Notes under the pieces: model-generated | What the model was told of the DNA's origin: nothing | Seen by the model: the letters and a program-made list of their open reading frames with translations, nothing else | The model's database searches: none | In this document: in pieces, positions 25,988-33,465 of the stretch | Numbering within the stretch: position 1 is the first letter of the stretch | Layout of the letters: every line of letters starts with the position of its first letter | Virus record (IMG/VR): IMGVR_UViG_3300035520_000350 | Location: 32,466 to 96,465 of that record | Origin: a virus | Lineage: Duplodnaviria; Heunggongvirae; Uroviricota; Caudoviricetes | Length of the DNA: 64,000 bases | Strand: one strand, 5' to 3' | Program-made: the position numbers and the translations under genes

Positions 25988-28900
25988 ATGTATATGAAAA
26001 TCATTAAACGTAGTGGTGTAGAAGATACTTTTGATCCCAGTAAGATTGATATAGCTATCAGAAAAGCTAATGATACAACATTAGATGATTCAGATAAGCT
26101 TAATGATGAACAGATTAAGGGTATCGTAGACTATATTATTAATTACGCTCAGGATTGTGGCAGATCTCTTAATGTAGAAGAGATTCAAGATCTCGTAGAA
26201 GAGCGTATAATGGATGCAGGTGCTTTTGAAGTTGCTAGATCATATATTACCTACAGATACAAAAGAGCATTAGTAAGAAAGACAAACTCGACAGATGATG
26301 CTATATTATCTCTCGTTAGTTGCAACAACGAGGAGATTAAGCAGGAGAATTCTAATAAGAATCCCTATATTAATAGTACTCAGAGAGACTATATTGCCGG
26401 AGAGGTAAGTAAGGATATTACTAGACGATTGTTACTGGATGAAGATATCTGGGATGCTCACGAGAATGGACTCATCCACTTCCATGATGCAGATTATTTC
26501 TTACAACCAATGACGAACTGTTTCCATTCTGATACTGAATTTGTAACGGATAAAGGAGTGGTAAGATTTGGAGATTGTCATGAAGGTGAGAGGATATTTG
26601 TAAGAAACATTACCGGAAATTATGTACCAGCGATGGTTCATAAATATGGTAAACAGAAGATGCAAACTGTTACCTTTAGATCGTGTAGAACTGTTAAGAC
26701 AGTTAGATGCACGTATAACCACAGATGGGTGTTAAAGGACGGAACTATTACTGAATCGTTAAAAGTAGGAGATTCATTGTATCCGACTGTAGATACAACA
26801 AATACACCAATCAATAATCCGTTTATGTTCTGCTTAGGGTTTGTACTTGGAGATGGATCTGATTTTGCCGGAAGTAATATATCAGAGCCTACTGGTGTAA
26901 GAGTTCGTTTATGCGGTAACAAAACTCAATATTTGCCTCATTTTACATTGGCAGGATTTGATATATCAAAAGAGAAATTTCATAATGGAGATATGTCTGT
27001 TACTTTTAGCAAGTATCCATTAAAAAAGAATTTTATTAATGGGTTTGGTTGGCGGTTTCTTTCTTTATCTGATAAGATTGATCTATTTAAGGGGTATTAT
27101 GCTGCAGACGGAAATACTCTTTCAAATGGAATAGCTACAGCAAATCATATATTAGCTCAGATGATAAGAGAGATTTCTGCTTTAGCCGGATACTACATAA
27201 CAAGTGAAAATTTTGAAATTAGGGACACTAATTTCAAGAAAGGAGCTAGTTTATGGACGTTCAGATTTATGAAACGTCAAAGTATTAATAGATGCTGGAA
27301 AGTAGAATCTATAGATAGATCTGATTATCACACATATGACGCTTGGTGTGTAGAAGAACCATCTACTCACACTTTTACTCTTGGAAATGGAATGGTCACT
27401 GGCAACTGTTGCCTCGTTAATCTAGAGGATATGTTGCAGAATGGCACTATCATCTCTGAAACAATGATTGAAACTCCTAAGAGTTTCTCTACTGCTTGTA
27501 ATGTAGCAACTCAGGCTATTGCACAGATTGCAAGCAACCAGTATGGCGGACAGTCTATTACTCTTTCCCATCTTGCTCCATTTGTTGATGTAAGTAGAAA
27601 GAAGATCATAAGGAAAGTAATAGAAGAGTTTGAGACTCTTGGCATTGAGTATACCGATGAGATGGTAAATAATGTTACCGAGTCTAGAGTAAAGGAAGAG
27701 ATCAAGAGAGGTGTACAGACTATTCAGTATCAGGTTATTACTCTTATGACTACTAATGGTCAGGCTCCTTTCATTACAGTATTCATGTATCTTGATGAGG
27801 TACCGGAAGGACAGACTAGAGATGACTTAGCAGCTATCATTGAGGAAACTCTTAACCAGAGATACTTAGGAGTAAAGAATGAGAAAGGTGTATATATTAC
27901 ACCGGCGTTTCCTAAGTTAATCTATGTCTTAGAAGAGGACAATATCCATGAAGATTCTAAGTATTGGTATCTTACTCAGTTAGCAGCAAAGTGTACTGCT
28001 AAGAGATTAGTACCGGATTACATCTCTGAGAAGAAGATGAGAGAGTATAAGAATGAAGATTGTTATCCTTGTATGGGATGTAGATCATTCTTAACTCCTG
28101 ATAGAACAGTAAGAAATTCTGCTAAAGCGTTGAACTACGAAGAAGGAAAACATAAATACTACGGAAGGTTCAACCAAGGTGTTGTTACTATTAATCTTGT
28201 AGATGTAGCTTGTTCTTCTAATGGAGATGAAGATGAGTTCTGGAGAATCCTTGATGAAAGACTTGAGTTATGCTATCGCGCTTTGATGGCTAGACATAAG
28301 AGATTAGAAGGAACTGTATCTGATGTAGCTCCTATCTTATGGCAGAACGGAGCTTATGCAAGATTAGAGAAAGGAGAAGTAATAGATCCACTTCTTCATG
28401 GTGGATATTCTACTATTTCTTTAGGATATGCAGGACTCTGTGAATGTACTGTAAGAATGACAGGAGTAAGACATACTGATCCTAAAGGAACTCCTTTTGC
28501 TTTAAAAGTAATGCAAAGACTTAACGATGCATGTGCTGAATGGAAAGCTAAAGAAGATGTAGACTTTAGTTTATATGGAACGCCGCTTGAGTCTACAACT
28601 TATAAGTTTGCTAAGTGCTTACAGAAGAGATTCGGTAAGATTCCTGGAGTTACTGATAAGAACTATATCACTAACTCTTATCATGTACATGTAACAGAGC
28701 AGATGAATGCTTTTGATAAGTTAAAGTTTGAATCTCAGTTCCAGGTATTATCACCAGGAGGAGCTATCTCGTATGTAGAAGTTCCTAATATGCAGAACAA
28801 TATCCCGGCTGTATTATCAGTGATTCAGTTTATCTATGATAATATCATATATGCTGAATTGAATACTAAGAGCGATTATTGCATGAACTGTGGTTTCGAT

Positions 28901-29032
28901 GGCGAGATTCAGATAGTAGAAGATGAAGACGGTAAGCTCGTTTGGGAATGTCCTTGCTGTGGAAACAGAAATCAGGACACAATGAACGTAGCTAGACGTA
29001 CATGTGGATTGACTGCCAATAGTCCACGTTAA
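25988..29032 (+). CDS. nrdD: Anaerobic ribonucleoside-triphosphate reductase (class III RNR, NrdD), interrupted by an intein.
   Basis: N-terminal ATP-cone (KIIKRSGVEDTFDPSKIDIAIRKA...). C-terminal 4-Cys zinc ribbon CMNCGFDGE...CPCCGN, then a glycyl-radical-like RRTCGL near the C-terminus. SD AAAGGAG. Confidence 0.75.
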   Translation: MYMKIIKRSGVEDTFDPSKIDIAIRKANDTTLDDSDKLNDEQIKGIVDYIINYAQDCGRSLNVEEIQDLVEERIMDAGAFEVARSYITYRYKRALVRKTNSTDDAILSLVSCNNEEIKQENSNKNPYINSTQRDYIAGEVSKDITRRLLLDEDIWDAHENGLIHFHDADYFLQPMTNCFHSDTEFVTDKGVVRFGDCHEGERIFVRNITGNYVPAMVHKYGKQKMQTVTFRSCRTVKTVRCTYNHRWVLKDGTITESLKVGDSLYPTVDTTNTPINNPFMFCLGFVLGDGSDFAGSNISEPTGVRVRLCGNKTQYLPHFTLAGFDISKEKFHNGDMSVTFSKYPLKKNFINGFGWRFLSLSDKIDLFKGYYAADGNTLSNGIATANHILAQMIREISALAGYYITSENFEIRDTNFKKGASLWTFRFMKRQSINRCWKVESIDRSDYHTYDAWCVEEPSTHTFTLGNGMVTGNCCLVNLEDMLQNGTIISETMIETPKSFSTACNVATQAIAQIASNQYGGQSITLSHLAPFVDVSRKKIIRKVIEEFETLGIEYTDEMVNNVTESRVKEEIKRGVQTIQYQVITLMTTNGQAPFITVFMYLDEVPEGQTRDDLAAIIEETLNQRYLGVKNEKGVYITPAFPKLIYVLEEDNIHEDSKYWYLTQLAAKCTAKRLVPDYISEKKMREYKNEDCYPCMGCRSFLTPDRTVRNSAKALNYEEGKHKYYGRFNQGVVTINLVDVACSSNGDEDEFWRILDERLELCYRALMARHKRLEGTVSDVAPILWQNGAYARLEKGEVIDPLLHGGYSTISLGYAGLCECTVRMTGVRHTDPKGTPFALKVMQRLNDACAEWKAKEDVDFSLYGTPLESTTYKFAKCLQKRFGKIPGVTDKNYITNSYHVHVTEQMNAFDKLKFESQFQVLSPGGAISYVEVPNMQNNIPAVLSVIQFIYDNIIYAELNTKSDYCMNCGFDGEIQIVEDEDGKLVWECPCCGNRNQDTMNVARRTCGLTANSPR
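26519..27406 (+). mobile_element. Intein of 296 aa with a LAGLIDADG homing-endonuclease domain, inserted after HFHDADYFLQPMTN of NrdD.
   Basis: Begins with Cys (CFHSDTEF) and ends ...HTFTLGNGMVTGN, followed by the +1 Cys (CCLVNL). Two LAGLIDADG-like blocks, LGFVLGDGS and LFKGYYAADGN, lie about 85 aa apart. Confidence 0.7.
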
Positions 29033-29467
29033 ATCGGAAGAAATTGCGGGGAAACACCCATAATACTAATCTGCTACAACGTAACTAGAAATGGTAAGCG
29101 TGAATGCGGCAAGAGTTATAAACTCAACAGTGGGAAACCATAGAGACCATAAAAAATGATTAGTGTAGGTGCTACCGAGTATGCAAGTTACTCAGACGCA
29201 GCCATAGTTCCTTAACAGAGTAAAGCTGAAGGAACCTGTTCAGAGACTATAAATCCGACTAATATATTTATATTAGATTGTATAGTCCAATCCGCTAATA
29301 AATATCGGGAAACCGACGGTAGTAATGATATTGGTTCACAATATTGGAATCAGGGTAGAACTCAGGAGATCAAAGAAAGAGTGTTACACTTATAATGTAT
29401 ATGATACTAAGAGGGTAGAGTGAATCTCTACCCTCTATAGTAATTTAAATCTAAGGAGGTATAATGT

Positions 29468-29839
29468 ATGACTTACTTAACTATCAAGAAGAATACTCAA
29501 AGTAAAGGACATGGAATAAGAACAGCATTAATACTCTCTGATAACGATAAATGTGGAAAGCCCTATACTTATAGGGAAACAGAGGAGATAATCAATTCTA
29601 CGAAAGTTTACTCTTCTGGTTTATTGATTTTAGGTACTGATATTTACAGAAAAGAGTACTTAGAATACTTATTACCTTTAGTAATAAGGTTTAAAAGAAC
29701 GTATCCTGATAAAGATGTTGTAGTGATTACTGATTCACTAGAGTTAGATGCAACAATAGGAGATACTGAATATACTAAGCAATTCAAGGAAGTGGTAGAT
29801 AGGATTATAGATCCTAGAGATTATGATGGACGTAGATAA
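29468..29839 (+). CDS. NrdG-like protein (activase fold) lacking the CxxxCxxC radical-SAM cysteine triad.
   Basis: GHGIRTALILSDNDKCGKPYTY aligns with E. coli NrdG GPGTRCTLFVSGCVHECPGCYN, with only one Cys retained. The downstream GLLILGTDIYRKEYLEYLLPLVIRFKRTYPDKDVVVITD resembles NrdG GISLSGGDPL...IWVWTG. This alignment is from memory. Confidence 0.4.
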   Translation: MTYLTIKKNTQSKGHGIRTALILSDNDKCGKPYTYRETEEIINSTKVYSSGLLILGTDIYRKEYLEYLLPLVIRFKRTYPDKDVVVITDSLELDATIGDTEYTKQFKEVVDRIIDPRDYDGRR

Positions 29840-29849
29840 AAGACGGAAG

Positions 29850-29900
29850 TAAGCCGTGGAGGTAATCAACCTCCACGGCTATACTCCTGACTTTTGTTCT
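29850..29900 (+). terminator. Rho-independent terminator.
   Basis: AGCCGTGGAGG-TAATCAA-CCTCCACGGCT followed by a weak T-run. Confidence 0.45.
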
Positions 29901-30036
29901 TGGAGAAGAAACAATGAAAGACATTACCATTAGACATACACATAGAGCCGTATAGGTGACAAGGGGTAAGAACCTATACTTCCTTCGCCAAAGGCTTTAC
30001 GATGTGAAAGGAGTTTTCACGGGAGGGACTTTAAAC

Positions 30037-30101
30037 ACCGCAAAGGTGGGATTCGAACCCACGAGCGCCAGTATGTAAATTTGCTGTTAGTCTAACGATA
30101 A
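30037..30101 (-). ncRNA. tRNA-like module: a perfect T-arm plus an acceptor-like 3' end, with no canonical D or anticodon arms. It contains the motif CTAACAGCAAAT.
   Basis: Minus sense reads ...GTTAGACTAACAGCAAATTTACATACTGGCGCTCGTGGGTTCGAATCCCACCTTTGCG. The T-arm is GTGGG-TTCGAAT-CCCAC. The module is only about 65 nt and abuts tRNA-Tyr. Confidence 0.35.
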
Positions 30102-30184
30102 TGGGTAGAGCTGGACTCGAACCAGCAATGCACGAATGCGACGGATTTACAGTCCGCTGCCTTACCAATTGGGCTCACCTACCC
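30102..30184 (-). tRNA. tRNA-Tyr (anticodon GTA), type II with a long variable arm.
   Basis: Minus sense reads GGGTAGG-TG-AGCC..GGC-A-GCGGA-CTGTAAA-TCCGT-[variable arm GCATTCGTGC..]-GCTGG-TTCGAGT-CCAGC-TCTACCC-A. All stems pair, with G-U wobbles at the stem ends. Confidence 0.7.
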
Positions 30185-30344
30185 GGGTGTGCTGTATTCA
30201 TTTCACATGTTTAAAAGATTTGCAGTCTTTCCTTTTTTGTTTGCTGGGAGTGAAACACTACAGCATTACATCAAATCATTTCTCATACGCGTGTCAATTT
30301 GCCTTAACCTCTTGGCTACATTGAAACTATAATCTAAGTTATAG

Positions 30345-30425
30345 AACCAACAGCAGGAGTCGAACCTGCGCTACAATCGTTAATTGGCGAATGTTTGCTG
30401 TTAAAGAAACCAATCTTTGATGCAA
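30345..30425 (-). ncRNA. tRNA-like module with a T-arm and the motif TTAACAGCAAAC 23 nt upstream. No canonical cloverleaf.
   Basis: Minus sense reads CTTTAACAGCAAACATTCGCCAATTAACGATTGTAGC-GCAGG-TTCGACT-CCTGC-TGTTGGT. Confidence 0.3.
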
Positions 30426-30896
30426 TTGATCTATTATAATCATCAACAACATTTCTCAATGTTATACACAGGAGCTACCTGTGTATATTCGGAGTTGAAC
30501 CGTTACAACCTAATTAAGTTTGCAGTTTGAAGAAACAACTGTTGATAATCATAAACATAAGTTAGTATCATGAAGTTATAACCGGAGGCATTAATCATAA
30601 TATTTTCCGCAATGCAGGCAGAGATTGCTGTTAGATCAACTTATTCGGTCATATAACAATCATGAATTAAGGTAATACTTCCTAAGGTGTTGCAACTGGC
30701 ATTAATCAGCGCTGTAACTGTGTCAGGTCACAGCCAAGATCCGTGTCTACTAAGAGTGGGTCCCATATTGGGTTTGCTGTTTGATCAACCTATCCAATTG
30801 TATAACACTTGTGAAAAGAATTATAGGAAGTATTAAAAATGGCAACCTTTCAAATGTAATTGTATGTGAGGGGAGGCCGCATACATCTAAAAGGTC

Positions 30897-30995
30897 GATG
30901 GATTTGTGGTAGGATTTGAACCTACGTAATACCGGGCGCACACAAAGGATTCACCTAACCCGACCGGTAGCTTAACCGAACTCAGCCACACAAAC
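30897..30995 (-). ncRNA. tRNA-like RNA of about 96 nt. Acceptor, type-II-like D-arm and T-arm are present, but the anticodon arm is replaced by a 6-bp helix (TACCGG/CCGGTA) enclosing 28 nt.
   Basis: Minus sense reads GTTTGTG-TG-GCT-GAGTTCGGTTA-AGC-T-ACCGG[TCGGGTTAGGTGAATCCTTTGTGTGCGC]CCGGTA-TTAC-GTAGG-TTCAAAT-CCTAC-CACAAAT-C. The D-arm resembles Ser/Leu-type tRNAs. No 7-nt anticodon loop can be drawn. Confidence 0.4.
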
Positions 30996-31039
30996 CCACT
31001 CTCAATTTCATTTCTCAACATTCATAAGTAGTCATGACA

Positions 31040-31300
31040 TCACCCCAAGGTAGTGAATTTACTTGACCACTTAAGCTTACGTCAAGGTGCTAAAGAAGAC
31101 CCACCTCCTACAGTGCGCACCAATCCCACGCGCCGCCCACCAGATAGCGGCGCAATATTAACGCGCAAATGAATCCAGATTAGCCGACCTCTACCAATAT
31201 CCGCCCTACGCTTAATACGTTACAGTTTAATCCGCCGCCACTCTGATTCGCAGTAGGGCAGCGCGATACGAGAAATAATTTTAGCGGACTCCCACAATAT
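31040..31300 (-). ncRNA. GC-rich structured element with nested GC palindromes in an otherwise AT-rich non-coding stretch. Candidate ncRNA of unknown class; the strand is a guess.
   Basis: GCGCCGCC-CACCAGATA-GCGGCGC hairpin at 31130-31153. A CCCTAC...GTAGGG stem around 31205-31253. No ORF in any frame. Confidence 0.3.
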
Positions 31301-31490
31301 GTAAGTTAACAAGTCTTGCTGTGTGAGAAACTTGAGAGACTGAAACACAAAACAAAAGAGAATAATGTTTTAATATGGCACCGCTGAGTTCTGAAGCAAC
31401 GGTGCCAATGACTAATGAGAGTATTGGATTGCAAATTTCTTTTGTAACCAATACTGAATAGTTATAAGTTTTGTAAATTAAAATTACAAT

Positions 31491-32498
31491 TTACTGTTCG
31501 GAAGTAGAATCAGTGGTAGTAGACGATGATGTAATGTCATCAGTGATATCGATGAAAGAGTTGGTATCACCAGTAACTTTTGGCAATGCACCATCCCACT
31601 GCTCGTACTTAATCTTTTCAATAAGTTTGTCTGTTAGTGAAGCGCTAATTTCTTCATTAGCCTGGGCTTCTGCCTGAGCCTGAATAAGAAGTGCATCTGC
31701 TTCCGCCTGTGACTGGATAAGTAAAGCATCTGCCTCACCCTGAGCTTTTACTGCAGCCTGTTCTGCTTCGATCTGTGCTACCTCTTTCTCTTTCTCTGCA
31801 TTGATCTTTGCCGTATCTGCTTCAATCTGAGCAAGCTCTTTCTCCTGCTGAGCATTTACCTTCTTCTGGATTGCTTCTCTTGTTTCATCATCCGGATCGA
31901 TGTTGATCAATGAAGCATTGTCAATAATAATACCATAGGGAGCAAACTTATCCTGTAGATACTCAGTGAGTTCTATATTAAGGGAAGCACGTTTATCTCC
32001 CAAGATATCGGTAACTGCATACTGCGCCGTTACTTCTTTTGTCCAGCTAATAATATTGGGCTTAATAAAGCTATCCTTTACATCTTCACCGGATCTTCCT
32101 TTAAAGCGGACGAACGTATCAGCTACCATAGATTCGTCAAAACGATATGTAAAGGTAAGACTTACTGTAAGACCTTTACCATCAGAAGACGGCACTTCAA
32201 AGCTGTCATCGTCTTTAGAATCTCCCTGTTTATCAGCGGTAAGATAAGACTGCTCAATACCGATACTGTACTTGGTGATCTGCTTTGTAGGTCCAATAAG
32301 GTGCCAGCCCTGGGAAAGGGTAGTACCTTCTACGCCACCGTTCATATTATATACTACTCCTACATATCCTGCAGGAATCTTTACAAGACTCATCTTAAGT
32401 AAGATAAGAACTACTACAATGATAATACCTAAAGCAATACCACCTACTAATCCTTTCTTACTAGTCTTTACTACTTCTTCGTCATAATCCCTACTCAT
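31491..32498 (-). CDS. SPFH/band-7 (stomatin, prohibitin, HflK/C-like) membrane protein, 335 aa.
   Basis: N-terminal TM segment. SPFH core TVSLTFTYRFDESMVADTFVRFKG...IIIDNASLINIDPDDETREAIQKK. C-terminal coiled-coil AQIEAEQAAVKAQGEADALLIQ with repeats. Confidence 0.7.
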   Translation of the reverse strand: MSRDYDEEVVKTSKKGLVGGIALGIIIVVVLILLKMSLVKIPAGYVGVVYNMNGGVEGTTLSQGWHLIGPTKQITKYSIGIEQSYLTADKQGDSKDDDSFEVPSSDGKGLTVSLTFTYRFDESMVADTFVRFKGRSGEDVKDSFIKPNIISWTKEVTAQYAVTDILGDKRASLNIELTEYLQDKFAPYGIIIDNASLINIDPDDETREAIQKKVNAQQEKELAQIEADTAKINAEKEKEVAQIEAEQAAVKAQGEADALLIQSQAEADALLIQAQAEAQANEEISASLTDKLIEKIKYEQWDGALPKVTGDTNSFIDITDDITSSSTTTDSTSEQ

Positions 32499-32650
32499 TT
32501 CTTCTTGTTATCCTCCTTAGAATCTTCATTCATCTCTTCCATTGCATCGCTCCAAATCTTATATAAGAACTTTCCGACTGGCTTAAATGCAAATGCTAAT
32601 AAGAACCATAAACCTACGGCTCCTAATACTACAAGTATTACCAAGACCAT
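32495..32650 (-). CDS. Small membrane protein, 51 aa, translationally coupled to the SPFH gene (NfeD/YuaF-like partner).
   Basis: Minus-strand ORF MVLVILVVLGAVGLWFLLAFAFKPVGKFLYKIWSDAMEEMNEDSKEDNKKK with SD AAAGGAGG. Its stop TGA overlaps the SPFH ATG as ATGA. Confidence 0.45.
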   Translation of the reverse strand: MVLVILVVLGAVGLWFLLAFAFKPVGKFLYKIWSDAMEEMNEDSKEDNKKK

Positions 32651-33254
32651 ATCATTATCCTCCTTTGTAATTGGGTTTTACTTCAAAAGTTTAAACTTTA
32701 GTAAAGTACAATATCAACAACTAATCAGTAGATTCAATTGTTAAAAGGTTTGAGTATTCTAAGGAAGATACAGATATACTTACCCCCAGTAAGGAGGTGT
32801 TCGTCCTTGTCAACCCCCAATACAATCTTTTGTATTATTCAAACTAACCCCTTCCTCGTTGGTGCACAAGCGAGGTTTCATTGAGTTATCTCATTTTGAT
32901 AAGGGCAAAAGACATATAGCCAAAGTATGCAAGTGATATTCTTTCTATATTCCCTATAGAAAGTGGTATCTCTTTAGAGGTTTATCTGAATCTCAAGATA
33001 GTTGGATCTATATCGGGAATAAAATTCACAAAAGACCATCCAAAACACGATACTCTTGTAGTACCGAAAAGGGCTGATTTCCCACTTCCAATCAACCATC
33101 TTACATTGAACAGTGGAGAGATGAGGAAACAGCCCCTTCTTTACGTTTCCCTTTTCAGCATAATTTGTTGTATGGATGTACACTCCTTGCTTACGCAATG
33201 AAACAACAGGGAAATGACAAAGAGAATTTAAGATTGACGATTAAACCGCTAGTT

Positions 33255-33360
33255 TCTCTAACAGCAAACACCTTTTTCAAATAACCGGTTTTGTCACTGG
33301 TTCGAGCCCAGTTATTAGGAGTATACCCCACTTCTAGTATAGCTCAGCAGGGAGAGCAAA
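33255..33360 (+). ncRNA. Plus-sense copy of the tRNA-like module (CTAACAGCAAAC, then 27 nt, then the T-arm ACTGG-TTCGAGC-CCAGT) followed by the D-arm-like TAGCTCAGCAGGGAGAGC. It sits immediately upstream of the Ro60-like gene.
   Basis: Motif at 33258-33269. T-arm at 33296-33312. D-arm-like segment at 33340-33357. Confidence 0.3.
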
Positions 33361-33465
33361 CTGCCAAAGAAAAGAGAGAAATGATTATGCGGTTTTCGTA
33401 TATAGAAACACTTGTTGTACTATCAGCATAAAAACAAAACCTGTACAATGAAAGGAGTATTAAAA

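Noticed and set aside
30037-30101. Reading the first tRNA-like module as a complete canonical tRNA.
   Set aside because: Only about 65 nt lie between the tRNA-Tyr end and the module's 3' end. The acceptor 3' strand CTTTGCG has no complementary 5' partner, and no D or anticodon stems can be drawn.
30897-31300. A tmRNA spanning the T-arm at 30909 and the GC-rich element.
   Set aside because: No 5' segment complementary to the acceptor 3' strand is found near 31250-31300. There is no recognisable tag ORF ending in ...AA-stop and no resume-codon context.
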